Shown: piece by piece, positions 1 through 9,336 of the stretch | How positions within the stretch are numbered: the first letter of the stretch is position 1 | Layout: the number at the start of each line of letters is the position of its first letter | Assembly (NCBI GenBank): GCA_041688155.1 | Contig: JBDNIW010000012.1 | Span: 202-64,201 of the forward strand | Source: Minisyncoccota bacterium | Lineage (GTDB): Bacteria > Patescibacteriota > Minisyncoccia > Phycocordibacterales > UBA918 | Length of the DNA stretch: 64,000 nucleotides | Direction: 5' to 3' | The notes under the pieces: generated by a model | What the model was told of the DNA's origin: nothing | Database searches by the model: none | Seen by the model: the letters and a program-made list of their open reading frames with translations, nothing else | Made by a program: the position numbers and the translations under genes

Positions 1-123
1 GGTGATGCTAAAGACCGCCTACAAGACACTGACGACGCGTTTGAAGATGAGGACTACGCCGAAGTGATGGAGCTGGTCGAAGAAGCCGAAAAACTGATTG
101 AAGAGGCGCTCGACGAACTCTAG
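1..123 (+). CDS. 3' end of an acidic helical protein (partial)
   Basis: Open frame from base 1, GDAKDRLQDTDDAFEDEDYAEVMELVEEAEKLIEEALDEL, ending in TAG at 121-123. Confidence 0.6.
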   Translation, partial: GDAKDRLQDTDDAFEDEDYAEVMELVEEAEKLIEEALDEL

Positions 124-139
124 AACCTAGAGCACGTCC

Positions 140-457
140 TTAGACCCCGGGTTTGCGAGAGCGCTGTGAGAATGAGAATTCTCGCAGCGCTTTTGTCTGT
201 TGCAGATGGGCAATGACGATGGCGGCAAAGACACCGTGCACGGCGACTTTCTGCACCCCTTGGCCGGTGATGATCAGCTCGCACCCACCAGCGAGTTCGA
301 CGACGGTAACAAACCGTTTGCCACCTTTACGCCGCGAAGCGGTGTTTATTTCACCGGGGGCAATCATTTTGATGCCGGGGATTTTGTATAGTTCGCGCAC
401 TACCAGCGTCGCGGTTTCGGTCAGGGTAGTGTGTTCTCGGCCACGGGGTTTGGGCAT
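140..457 (-). CDS. DUF2103-like small protein
   Basis: MPKPRGREHTTL...IKMIAPGEI...GCELIITGQGVQKVAV; start placed at ATG 457, just after a -10-like box. Confidence 0.6.
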   Translation of the reverse strand: MPKPRGREHTTLTETATLVVRELYKIPGIKMIAPGEINTASRRKGGKRFVTVVELAGGCELIITGQGVQKVAVHGVFAAIVIAHLQQTKALREFSFSQRSRKPGV

Positions 458-482
458 AGTAGAGTTAGCGTAGCATAGTTCA

Positions 483-510
483 TTGACTTTGTAGCGTAAT
501 TTGGTATTCT
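483..510 (+). promoter_or_regulatory. sigma70 promoter for the rpsS operon segment
   Basis: TTGACT-16 nt-TATTCT, with a TG extended -10. Confidence 0.6.
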
Positions 511-514
511 CATG

Positions 515-703
515 CAGTTCCAACCTCATTGTTGTAGTGGTCATATCTAACCGCTACACAAGAAGTACAACCAAACAAACGAGGTTGGGAGCTTCTACTA
601 AGGCCGGCCGTTACCTGTCTTTATAAGAGGCTCCCATCAAGCGCGTCTACGACGCGCTGCAACTGGTTTAGACCAGGGTAGTCCAATAATTAAACAATTT
701 ACA
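515..703 (+). promoter_or_regulatory. structured 5' leader of rpsS
   Basis: Stems TTCCAACCTC/GAGGTTGGGA, TGTAGTGGT/ACCGCTACA, TGGGAGCTTCT/AGAGGCTCCCA, GCGCGTC/GACGCGC, CTGGT/ACCAG. Confidence 0.55.
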
Positions 704-1033
704 ATGTCACGATCACTCTATAAAGGACCAAACGTTGACGAGAGAATTCTCGGAAAAATCGCCGGAAAAAAACCCGGAGAGAGTGGAGTCATTAAGATCT
801 GGAAGCGCGGATCGGTGATTTCACCAGAAATGGTAGGATTCACTTTTGGGATTCACAACGGACGCGAGCACCTTCCCGTCCTGATTGCCGAAGAAATGGT
901 AGGGCACAAGTTTGGTGAATTCTCACCGACCAAGAAGTTCCACCGCCACGGAGGTAAGATGCAGAAAGAACTAGAACAGAAAAAGAAAGAAGCTGAAATT
1001 TCAGCTGCCAAAGCTGCTAAGTCTGCTGGATAA
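704..1033 (+). CDS. rpsS: 30S ribosomal protein S19
   Basis: MSRSLYKGP...HNGREH...EMVGHKFGEFSPT; Lys/Ala-rich C-terminal extension. Confidence 0.98.
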   Translation: MSRSLYKGPNVDERILGKIAGKKPGESGVIKIWKRGSVISPEMVGFTFGIHNGREHLPVLIAEEMVGHKFGEFSPTKKFHRHGGKMQKELEQKKKEAEISAAKAAKSAG

Positions 1034-1044
1034 TACAAAACTAT

Positions 1045-1371
1045 ATGAAAGCATTCCTCAAAAACTATCGCCAGTCACCCCGTAAGGTTCGCCTACTGGC
1101 TGACCTGGTGCGTGGCAAAAAAGTAGCCGAAGCCCTAACCACCCTACAGTTTGTCGACAAACGAGCAGCAGAACCATTTGCCAAAGTCATCAAATCAGCC
1201 GTAGCTAACGCTGCTGATCATGGGCATGACACCAACAATCTGATTGTCAAAACGGTTTCGGTCAACAAAGGTGTCACCTACAAACGAATGATGCCCCGAG
1301 CCCGTGGTTCAGCATCACGCATTAACAAACGTAACAGCCATATCCTCGTGGAGCTTGGCACTAAAAAATAA
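1045..1371 (+). CDS. rplV: 50S ribosomal protein L22
   Basis: RQSPRKVRLLADLVRGK, PRARGSA motifs; synteny. Confidence 0.98.
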   Translation: MKAFLKNYRQSPRKVRLLADLVRGKKVAEALTTLQFVDKRAAEPFAKVIKSAVANAADHGHDTNNLIVKTVSVNKGVTYKRMMPRARGSASRINKRNSHILVELGTKK

Positions 1372-1376
1372 TTGGT

Positions 1377-2090
1377 ATGACACACGTAGCTCATCCATAC
1401 ATTCAACGGATTGGTATCAACCGCGGCTGGAGAAGCCGTTGGTTCACGACTAGCCCAGCAAAGTTCCGAGAATACCTCCGGGTAGATGCGGCACTACGAA
1501 AAATGCTTAAGACTCGACTCAAAGGCATGTCAGTTGACGCCCTAGAGATTGAACGGAGCCAACAAGGAATCCGTCTGGTTATCAAAACTGCCAAGCCAGG
1601 TATTATCATCGGTCGCAGTGGTGAAGGAATCAACCTGCTCAAAAAAGACATCGATCTGTTTTTGCGTAAGCAAAAAATGAGCGAAGCGCTCGAACTCAAA
1701 ATCGACATCGAAGAAATCCGATCACCAGAATCATCAGCGCAGATTGTCGGACAAATGATTGCTGAAGGACTAGAAAAACGCATGACGTTCCGTCGCGTGA
1801 TGAAGCAAACTGCCGAAAAAGTGATGGCTAACCGTGACGTCGAAGGTGTCCGGATCATCCTGTCAGGTCGACTGGGAGGAACAGATATGGCCCGAAAAGA
1901 AGAAATTAAAAAAGGTCGAGTACCACTCCAAACCCTCCGAGCAGACATTGATTTTGCTCGGGTGGAAGCCAACTTGCCGTACGGCGTGTTGGGTATCAAA
2001 GTGTGGATCTACCGCGGCGAGGTATTTGCTGATCGAAAAGTCGGACAGCAAGACCAAGAAGCACGGCCAACTCATTCTCGTAACTCATAG
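1377..2090 (+). CDS. rpsC: 30S ribosomal protein S3
   Basis: PGIIIGRSG KH domain, GRVPLQTLRADIDF, YGVLGIKVWI. Confidence 0.98.
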   Translation: MTHVAHPYIQRIGINRGWRSRWFTTSPAKFREYLRVDAALRKMLKTRLKGMSVDALEIERSQQGIRLVIKTAKPGIIIGRSGEGINLLKKDIDLFLRKQKMSEALELKIDIEEIRSPESSAQIVGQMIAEGLEKRMTFRRVMKQTAEKVMANRDVEGVRIILSGRLGGTDMARKEEIKKGRVPLQTLRADIDFARVEANLPYGVLGIKVWIYRGEVFADRKVGQQDQEARPTHSRNS

Positions 2091-2093
2091 CGT

Positions 2094-2528
2094 ATGTTGT
2101 TTCCAAAAAAAGTAAAACACCGCAAGTGGCAAACACAGCGCAAAAGCGCAGCCAAACAACAGCTGCCTGATACCCGAGGTCTAACTGTCGCGTACGGTTC
2201 GTTTGGACTACGCGCAATGACTGGAACTCGTATCCGTTCAAACCAGATCGAAGCCGCGCGTCGAGTTATTTCTCGCACCATGGGTAAAGCTGGTAAATCG
2301 TGGATTCGAATCTTTCCTGATCGTCCGGTGACGAGAAAGGCGGCTGAGGTTCCCATGGGTAAGGGTAAAGGGGATCCTGATCACTTCGTGTTTGAAGTGC
2401 GACCGGGTCGAATCCTGTTTGAAATCGACGGCGTGTCAGAAGAAATCGCTCGTGAAGCAATGCGAAAAGCTACCGCCAAATTACCAGTCAACACCAAATT
2501 CGTGCGTCGGGAGGACACCCGCGTGTAA
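2094..2528 (+). CDS. rplP: 50S ribosomal protein L16
   Basis: MLFPKKVKHRK, WIRIFPDRPVT, MGKGKG. Confidence 0.98.
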   Translation: MLFPKKVKHRKWQTQRKSAAKQQLPDTRGLTVAYGSFGLRAMTGTRIRSNQIEAARRVISRTMGKAGKSWIRIFPDRPVTRKAAEVPMGKGKGDPDHFVFEVRPGRILFEIDGVSEEIAREAMRKATAKLPVNTKFVRREDTRV

Positions 2529-2539
2529 TCACATTGCTT

Positions 2540-2740
2540 ATGACAAACATGCAAGACATCCGGAACAAGTCTGACCAAGAACTCGTTGAGTTCACCCAAG
2601 CTGGTCGAGACGTGGTCCGAGGAGAACGATTCAAAGATAAGTTCAGCAAAACGGCGCACGTGATTCACACCAACAAGAAAGACGTCGCGCGCGCATTGAC
2701 CGAGTTGAACGCTCGCCGCAATAAGACCGCAACCAACTAG
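2540..2740 (+). CDS. rpmC: 50S ribosomal protein L29 (divergent)
   Basis: Position between rplP and rpsQ; DIRNKSDQEL...KKDVARALTELN. Confidence 0.85.
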   Translation: MTNMQDIRNKSDQELVEFTQAGRDVVRGERFKDKFSKTAHVIHTNKKDVARALTELNARRNKTATN

Positions 2741-2743
2741 CCT

Positions 2744-2998
2744 ATGACAACATCTATTACAACCAGCAACGGTCGTACGCTCAAAGGTACCGTGGTAGCA
2801 GCCAAAATGGTTGATACCTGTACCGTGGCCGTAGAACGATACGTCAAACACCCCAAGTACAAAAAGTTCCTCAAACGAACCAGTAAATTCCTCGTGCATG
2901 ACGCCGGGAACACTGCGGTCGTCGGAGACAAAGTAGAAATCACTGAGTGCCGACCAATCTCAAAACGTAAAAGCTTCACGCTCGTAACTACCAAATAA
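2744..2998 (+). CDS. rpsQ: 30S ribosomal protein S17
   Basis: [22 protein letters not shown]. Confidence 0.98.
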   Translation: MTTSITTSNGRTLKGTVVAAKMVDTCTVAVERYVKHPKYKKFLKRTSKFLVHDAGNTAVVGDKVEITECRPISKRKSFTLVTTK

Positions 2999-2999
2999 T

Positions 3000-3371
3000 A
3001 TGATTCAGCCACAAACAATCGTAAAAATCACTGACAACTCAGGAGCCAAGAGTGGTCGAGTGTTCAAAGTGCTCGGTGGATCAAAAAAGCGGTACGCAGA
3101 GCTTGGAGAAATGGTCGTCCTCGCAGTTCAGACAGCTGAGCCACGCAAGCAGGTCAAGAAAAAAGACGTGGTGTACGGAGTAGTCGTGCGACAGCGCAAA
3201 GCCTTCCGTCGCAAAGACGGATCATACGTATCATTTGACGACAATGCCGTAGTGCTTGTCGACAAAGAAAAGAAAGAACCGCGCGCTAACCGCGTGTTTG
3301 GTCCAATCCCACGAGAACTGTCAGAAGCTGGTTACCAGAAGATCGTTTCTCTAGCCCCAGAAGTGGTTTAA
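3000..3371 (+). CDS. rplN: 50S ribosomal protein L14
   Basis: MIQPQT...DNSGAK, FDDNAVVL, KIVSLAPEV. Confidence 0.98.
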   Translation: MIQPQTIVKITDNSGAKSGRVFKVLGGSKKRYAELGEMVVLAVQTAEPRKQVKKKDVVYGVVVRQRKAFRRKDGSYVSFDDNAVVLVDKEKKEPRANRVFGPIPRELSEAGYQKIVSLAPEVV

Positions 3372-3377
3372 AAGTCT

Positions 3378-3482
3378 AAAATTGGCGCATTGCTGCGTTG
3401 TTGCGCAAAAGAAATGTAGTCAACGTATAAAAATACGTCTTCCAAATTTCTTTCGCTTACGTCTTGCACTGCACACAATTTA
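3378..3482. repeat. long imperfect palindromic (REP/MITE-like) intergenic element
   Basis: Nested arms AAATTG/CAATTT, AAAGAAAT/ATTTCTTT, ACGTAT/ATACGT between rplN and rplX. Confidence 0.55.
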
Positions 3483-3511
3483 AAACTTTTAACAATCAAA
3501 ATGAAATCATT

Positions 3512-3811
3512 ATGAAAATCAAACAAGGAGATACAGTGAAAGTAATCGCTGGTAAAGACAAAGGAAAAACTGGGTCTGTGTTAGCTATTCACAAAGTAAC
3601 CAACCAAGTGACTATCGAGGGCCTCAACGTGTCTAAGCGACACCAAAAAGCCACACGAAAAGGATCAGCTGGACAGATCATCGAGAAAAGCATGCCGCTT
3701 AACGCTTCAAACGTTGCGTTGATGGAAGGTGACAAAACCATCCGTGCTGGCTATGCCGTGAAGGACGGCAAAAAAGTCCGCATCTCTCGGCAGTCAGGGA
3801 ACACTATTTAA
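3512..3811 (+). CDS. rplX: 50S ribosomal protein L24
   Basis: MKIKQGDTVKVIAGKDKGKTG KOW motif. Confidence 0.97.
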   Translation: MKIKQGDTVKVIAGKDKGKTGSVLAIHKVTNQVTIEGLNVSKRHQKATRKGSAGQIIEKSMPLNASNVALMEGDKTIRAGYAVKDGKKVRISRQSGNTI

Positions 3812-3839
3812 TTAACATTGTCAGGTAACACTAAAGAGT

Positions 3840-4394
3840 ATGGAAACACTACAGACTCGCCTCGCATCAGTCTACGAATCTTTGAAAGGAGATTTTGGAT
3901 ACAAGAATGTGAACGAAGCGCCCACCCTTGAAAAAGTCGTGGTATCAGTTGGAACTGGTCGAATCGAAGACAAAGCCAAAATTGCGTTGATCCAAGATCG
4001 ACTAGCGCTCATCACCGGGCAAAAAGCGTCACCCAGGCCAGCGCGGCTATCAATCGCTGCGTTCAAATTGCGTGAAGGCGATATCGTCGGGTACCAGGTT
4101 ACCCTACGTGGGCCTCGAATGCGTGACTTTATGAACAAGTTGATTCACGTAGCGCTACCCCAAACCCGTGACTTTCGCGGACTAAAAGTAACCTCAATCG
4201 ACGAAATGGGGAACTACACCCTTGGGATCAAGGAACACACTATTTTCCCCGAGACAGCCGATGAGGACATCCGCGATGTGTTCGGGATGTCAATCACCAT
4301 CGTAACCACCGCCACCAGTAAACCAGAAGCCGAAGCTCTACTGCGACACATCGGCATGCCGTTGCAAAAAGTAGAGACAAAAGCGAAAGCTTAG
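3840..4394 (+). CDS. rplE: 50S ribosomal protein L5
   Basis: LITGQK, FKLREG, VTLRG, RDFRGL, GNYTLGIKEH. Confidence 0.98.
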   Translation: METLQTRLASVYESLKGDFGYKNVNEAPTLEKVVVSVGTGRIEDKAKIALIQDRLALITGQKASPRPARLSIAAFKLREGDIVGYQVTLRGPRMRDFMNKLIHVALPQTRDFRGLKVTSIDEMGNYTLGIKEHTIFPETADEDIRDVFGMSITIVTTATSKPEAEALLRHIGMPLQKVETKAKA

Positions 4395-4461
4395 ATAGAT
4401 ACTTTTAAAATAGTAGTCTACTTCATTCAAAAAATATTGTTTGGACAGGAAAAGCGAATTT

Positions 4462-4495
4462 ACTAAAAAGCAGGCGAATACGCCTGCTTTTTAGT
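4462..4495. terminator. bidirectional intrinsic terminator after rplE
   Basis: ACTAAAAAGCAGGCG-AATA-CGCCTGCTTTTTAGT. Confidence 0.8.
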
Positions 4496-4544
4496 TGTAT
4501 AAACAACTTTGAATACAAGCTGTATTATTTCTCGTCCCAGCGTT

Positions 4545-6008
4545 TCAGCGCGATAAAGGTAATTCAAAAATAAGACTGGTATCTTCATTGTAGTTAGCCT
4601 GGGCAATTAAGTTGCCCTCAGCATCAAACACCACTGATGGTCCAGATCTGGTAGCCCGAATGACTACTTTACGATGCTGTGTTGCGTACAGCCTGGCCTT
4701 TGTAGCATTGAAAGTGCTAGGTATTTCGTTTGAAAACATCGCTTCTGACCCTATTGAAAGCAATAGGTCTGATTGGTCCAGTTGCTTGGCTATGTGATCG
4801 GCGTTTGTTATCTCAGAGCAGATTGCATTTCCAATTACGAAATCACCAATTATAACAGGGGCTGTGTCTATGCCTGGCGTCGCATCAATCGGGGTGCTGT
4901 TCAGGCCAATATTTTGTGCCCAAAGAGGCGTATAATCAAAAAAAGGAAATAGATTTGCTTTTTGGTACGTAGCAATAACTTCGCCGTCTTGCCAATATAC
5001 GGTTTCATTAAAAAATTGACCTTCAGTGTACCTCGTATACCAAGTCACAAATATTATTTCAGGTGCCACGTGTTCTCGTAGCCAAGAACTAAATTGTAGG
5101 TGTGTAACTGTGATTATTTGTCGATCGAAAGTAAGGTTATCGTCACTACTTACACCCAATACTCCTGACCAAGGATTGAATGGATATATGATCATGTCCA
5201 ATTTGTGTTCTGACAAGTCAGCTAATTTTGCTTCTAATCTAGGAAAAGCAAACTGTCTGTCAATGACCTTGCCAAAAGCTTCGTTCTGATCAGCAGTTGG
5301 GTCTTGAATGATTGCAATTTTGAGACTCGCATTTTGTAATGGTGACAAACTGGGGCTACTTGAAACTATTGTACCCAACAGCCCAGCCACTACTATTCCA
5401 CATAAAAAAGAAAGAACCTGTTTACCTTTCCAGGGCTGAGTTTGAATTGCTTCGGCCAGAAGTGCATTTATAAAAACAACACCTAATATGTACCATTCAG
5501 CTGCATGTGAAGTGAATTGTGACGGTAGGGCAGAGACAAGTTCAACTGCTACATACACAAAAGAACCGTAGTTGAAGCCATATAAAATATACGAGAGTAA
5601 GACATCAACGCCTGCAAAAGTACAAAAAATACCAACCCTCACCCACCAGATAGATACAGGGAGTAGTTTTGTTTTAAGAAGCCAAATACCAGTACCCCAT
5701 AGTAGAGACATGATTATGGCTAGGAGTACTATGCCGATACCAACTGCATACATGAACCAGGTGAAAAGTACGGCCTCGTTAAGCCAAGAGAATCCGCTCA
5801 TAGTAACGCCTGTAGTGTAGCCAGCAAAAACCACGGCGTACATACCAACTCCAATAAGTATTTTGTACAAAGATGGTGTGTTAAATATATATATGTAGAG
5901 AGGTATAAGTGCAACAAAACCAAGTGCTGTAAAGTTGAAAGGTGGCAGGGAAATGATAGACGCTAAAGCAGCTATGACAGGGAGTGTAAAAGACGAGCGG
6001 TTGTGCAT
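4545..6008 (-). CDS. Lnt-like (apolipoprotein N-acyltransferase / CN-hydrolase fold) membrane protein
   Basis: N-terminal TM bundle (SLPPFNF..GFVALIPL), YQKANLFPFFDYTP, NAICSEI, VIRATRSGPSVVFD; the usual WPE motif reads YPF. Confidence 0.8.
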   Translation of the reverse strand: MHNRSSFTLPVIAALASIISLPPFNFTALGFVALIPLYIYIFNTPSLYKILIGVGMYAVVFAGYTTGVTMSGFSWLNEAVLFTWFMYAVGIGIVLLAIIMSLLWGTGIWLLKTKLLPVSIWWVRVGIFCTFAGVDVLLSYILYGFNYGSFVYVAVELVSALPSQFTSHAAEWYILGVVFINALLAEAIQTQPWKGKQVLSFLCGIVVAGLLGTIVSSSPSLSPLQNASLKIAIIQDPTADQNEAFGKVIDRQFAFPRLEAKLADLSEHKLDMIIYPFNPWSGVLGVSSDDNLTFDRQIITVTHLQFSSWLREHVAPEIIFVTWYTRYTEGQFFNETVYWQDGEVIATYQKANLFPFFDYTPLWAQNIGLNSTPIDATPGIDTAPVIIGDFVIGNAICSEITNADHIAKQLDQSDLLLSIGSEAMFSNEIPSTFNATKARLYATQHRKVVIRATRSGPSVVFDAEGNLIAQANYNEDTSLIFELPLSR

Positions 6009-6013
6009 ATGGG

Positions 6014-7219
6014 TTAAAGAGTACAAATTAGAGAGCGACGCTTATTGCCAATTACCGATAAAGAACCCACCGGCTGCACGTGTACTGTTGCAATAAGGTC
6101 ATCTTGAATTGCTTTACGCAGCGAATAGTCTTTTGCTAGATACAACTTATTTAGCACATGTTCAGACAACAGGTTTGCACCACCACAGCGCGTGACACTA
6201 TCTTGCAATATTTCCAGTCGAAAATTAATATCATTACCTGTTCCAGACTCAACGTGGAGTTGGTATTCATCGGCTTTGAGGCTTGCTGCAGCGCAGCACT
6301 CGTCAAGGGTGCCTGCTCGTAATTCGAAGCCAGCTACTCTAACCACGTCCACCCCATTTCGTCCGTTGAGTTCAAGTATAGGCATTTGGGTTGACTCATC
6401 TCTACCTGAGATCGAAAAATAATCTCCTGTGCGGTATCTAATGAGTGGAAAAGCGGGATTACTATCGTATGTTATGACGAGTTCATCGTCAATTAACTCT
6501 GTAGCAATAAGTGCACTCTGATTAGGAACAAACCCAGTTTGATTGTTTGTAATCATGTCTTGAGTTGGACCTAGTATAAATTGACCAACCTCTGCTGATG
6601 CATACATGTTTATGATTTTTGCAAAAGGGTAGTGCGATCGAAGTTGCTTCATGATGGTATCATTACTCAACTCGGAAGCTACCACAAGTAGTTTAATGTT
6701 TGCTGTTGAGCATTGTGTTGCAAACCGTAATGCAATAGTTGGTGTAGCAAAAAGAGCATCGCAGTTGAATTTTTTTAGTAGCGCTGCACTGGTGGATAAA
6801 TTACTAATATCACCAAATACTGGCACAAGCCCAGAGTTTGACTGACGACACTGCTGGATGAAAGATGCACTAAAACTTTTGAGTAGTGGTTGATATAAGA
6901 TCAGGGCTCGATTGACAGGTAAATTAAAAGCAGGATTAAAATAGTAATCTTCGACTTGACCAAAAAAGAGTAACAAAGGATTTCCGCTTGAAGTTCCCGA
7001 CGTGTAAGCCGTGAACACAAGTTGATCGGCGGGGACATAACAACGTTCATCCGGTGAAGTCTTAGCAATTTCACTACGGGTCAGGAATGGTAAATCAGCG
7101 AGTGCTGCTATATCAGTGGTTAGATATTTGTTCCTGTAAAAATTGGAATATGTTGTGCTTGAGACTCGCCCAAGCAGAGCTCGCAGCCGTTCAGTATCGC
7201 AGTGCAAAAGCATTGTCAT
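6014..7219 (-). CDS. phenylacetate-CoA ligase (PaaK)/F390 synthetase-like adenylating enzyme
   Basis: LADLPFLTR, TSGTSSGNP, YASAEVG, FPLIRYRTGD, GR. Confidence 0.8.
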   Translation of the reverse strand: MTMLLHCDTERLRALLGRVSSTTYSNFYRNKYLTTDIAALADLPFLTRSEIAKTSPDERCYVPADQLVFTAYTSGTSSGNPLLLFFGQVEDYYFNPAFNLPVNRALILYQPLLKSFSASFIQQCRQSNSGLVPVFGDISNLSTSAALLKKFNCDALFATPTIALRFATQCSTANIKLLVVASELSNDTIMKQLRSHYPFAKIINMYASAEVGQFILGPTQDMITNNQTGFVPNQSALIATELIDDELVITYDSNPAFPLIRYRTGDYFSISGRDESTQMPILELNGRNGVDVVRVAGFELRAGTLDECCAAASLKADEYQLHVESGTGNDINFRLEILQDSVTRCGGANLLSEHVLNKLYLAKDYSLRKAIQDDLIATVHVQPVGSLSVIGNKRRSLICTL

Positions 7220-7252
7220 ATTGTACCAAAATTAGCGTTATTTTGGTACAAT
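7220..7252. promoter_or_regulatory. palindromic bidirectional promoter (back-to-back extended -10 boxes)
   Basis: ATTGTACCAAAAT-7 nt-ATTTTGGTACAAT; TGGTACAAT on both strands next to divergent ATGs. Confidence 0.6.
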
Positions 7253-7258
7253 AAAGGT

Positions 7259-7789
7259 ATGCAAACACTCTTGTTCGGTATTCTTATAACTGCAATCTGG
7301 ATTTTTATCTGGATTGATTTAGCTAGGTGCTCAGATTCAAACCGCAAGGCACTGCCAGAGAATACGAACATCAAAGTGGTGGGTGTTATTCTTCTGGTTG
7401 CTATTGCTTGTTTTTACACTGCGCTTTACTCAGTTTCATCTTATATATATCTCGCTCCTTTGTACGCACAATTTGTTTGCGTTGGATTACTCTTCTGCGG
7501 AGCCTATCTTGTTGTAGGGGCAAGAAGGCAAATGTCAGCACTCACGGCAAGAGAGGTTTTGTTTTCTGTGAATACAAAATATTCAGTCGGTGGCGTGTTT
7601 CAAAAATTTACCCACCCAATGTTTTTTGGTATCGCTATCATTTTGATTTCTAGCTGGTGTTTACTCCCAAATATTATACCGGGTGTACTTTTATTAATAT
7701 CACTGGCATTACTGTGCGTAAAAGCAGCGCTTGAGACAAGTGAACTTAGGAAACAATTGAATTTACGAGAACCAGGTATTGATCAGTAA
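7259..7789 (+). CDS. isoprenylcysteine carboxyl methyltransferase/PEMT-like membrane protein
   Basis: About 5 TM helices; GGVFQKFTHPMFFG resembles GxYxxxRHPxY; KAALE. Confidence 0.6.
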   Translation: MQTLLFGILITAIWIFIWIDLARCSDSNRKALPENTNIKVVGVILLVAIACFYTALYSVSSYIYLAPLYAQFVCVGLLFCGAYLVVGARRQMSALTAREVLFSVNTKYSVGGVFQKFTHPMFFGIAIILISSWCLLPNIIPGVLLLISLALLCVKAALETSELRKQLNLREPGIDQ

Positions 7790-8537
7790 CTAGACGTGAC
7801 TGTTCGTTTGCTTGTAATGTAACAATATCGATTTCATCAAGTAAATCTTGATTAGGAATATTACCCGTAAGCGTTTGATCTAGTAAGTCCATAAGTTTAA
7901 TCACCAATTCAGAGTACTTAAGAGTTTCTGTTTCCAAGATGAATATCTGAGATTTTATCGTGTCAGCAACTATGTCAGAATTTCTGGCATACGTAGCTAG
8001 ATTTGTTGTGGCAAGATTAGTTGACGCTGCATACTCTCTGGACGCACTAACTTCAACTTGTGCATTATTTAATATTGCAAAAAAACCAACAAAATTTCCA
8101 GAAAGTGCTTTCTGCTGTACTAATTCCATTGTTGTCTGTACATCACTGAATAGCTTTTGGTTGAGAAGATCATTTTCTGTTGAGGCTACCTCTAAGAGGT
8201 TGACAAAATCCGGCGTTACCTGACTAGAAGCGGTGATGGTCAGCTGATTCACTGAGGATCGCGTGTTAGTCGTTATTCCTCCTTCTGGTCTGGTTGGAAA
8301 TTGTAGAGCATCTCTATCAGCTTGTGTGGGAACTGAGCCAAAAGTTGGTCTTTCGAGTACCGCATCCTCTAGCAGTTGTTCGAGTTGGGTGATACGGTTC
8401 TCCAGTTTTAAATTTGTTAACTCGACCTGCCCGCGATAAATAAATGTTTGTAGTGTGAACAAGAGTCCACTTATTAATATTCCAGCAGTAAATGCAGCAA
8501 TTATTTTTATCATCATATACTTGTAACTATACATCAT
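7746..8537 (-). CDS. hypothetical membrane-anchored helical protein
   Basis: N-terminal TM segment, coiled-coil-like heptads, long helical region. Confidence 0.65.
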   Translation of the reverse strand: MMYSYKYMMIKIIAAFTAGILISGLLFTLQTFIYRGQVELTNLKLENRITQLEQLLEDAVLERPTFGSVPTQADRDALQFPTRPEGGITTNTRSSVNQLTITASSQVTPDFVNLLEVASTENDLLNQKLFSDVQTTMELVQQKALSGNFVGFFAILNNAQVEVSASREYAASTNLATTNLATYARNSDIVADTIKSQIFILETETLKYSELVIKLMDLLDQTLTGNIPNQDLLDEIDIVTLQANEQSRLVTDQYLVLVNSIVS

Positions 8538-8694
8538 TTTTTATTCCAGATACTAGTAATTAACAAATTGCCAATAAACACACGATTTAGTCGCGTATTA
8601 ATTTTGTTAATACGGAGATGGTATACTAAATTAGTCGATAGTTCGGTTAAAAGAATTCCAAAGTTTATGCAAAGGCATCTGATATAATTAAAAC

Positions 8695-9315
8695 ATGTTT
8701 TCACAAGTATCTAATAGTTTAAAAAAAAGTGTTGTTGTTGTTGTGATGGTCGCAATGCTTACTTTTTCAGTACCAAAAGAGTCGGAAGCCATTTTGTTGC
8801 TGCTGTTCGCACCGCTTACTATCGGTGCTACAGTTGCTCTCATTATTACTGAGATAGCAATTCTTTGTGCAGTAGGTGTGATTTGTGGAGGTGGGGGTGG
8901 GGGTGGCACGATAGGCGGAGGTCCAGGTAGTGCTTTTGTCGGTGATTCTTGTTCAGCTTCTAATTATTGCGGTCAAACCGGTGCTGGAACAGTTCAAAGT
9001 GATGGTTTTTGTACTGCATTACCGCCGCCAAATAGTGCGTGTACCAATGGATCGTTTCCAGATGATGCGCTAACAATAAACCCAGGTTTGGTAAGGATAG
9101 GTGATGATGTTGTAGTTAGTTATGATGTAGGTGTTTTTAACTATCCACCAAACTGTACTTTGAGTGGACCTGCCCCAATTGGGGTCATGCCTCTTACTAC
9201 ACAAACTGGCAGTTTGACAGTGACTGCATCAGCTGCGCACTTCTTTAGGCTTGAGTGTGGTACAACAAATGCGGAAGCAAAACTAGACTTGGTTGGTATT
9301 ATTCAAGAGATTTAA
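8695..9315 (+). CDS. secreted Cys/Gly-rich protein
   Basis: Signal peptide ending ..KESEA, hydrophobic segment, poly-Gly linker, Cys-rich beta region. Confidence 0.7.
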   Translation: MFSQVSNSLKKSVVVVVMVAMLTFSVPKESEAILLLLFAPLTIGATVALIITEIAILCAVGVICGGGGGGGTIGGGPGSAFVGDSCSASNYCGQTGAGTVQSDGFCTALPPPNSACTNGSFPDDALTINPGLVRIGDDVVVSYDVGVFNYPPNCTLSGPAPIGVMPLTTQTGSLTVTASAAHFFRLECGTTNAEAKLDLVGIIQEI

Positions 9316-9336
9316 AAATTAATAAATCCAGATACA

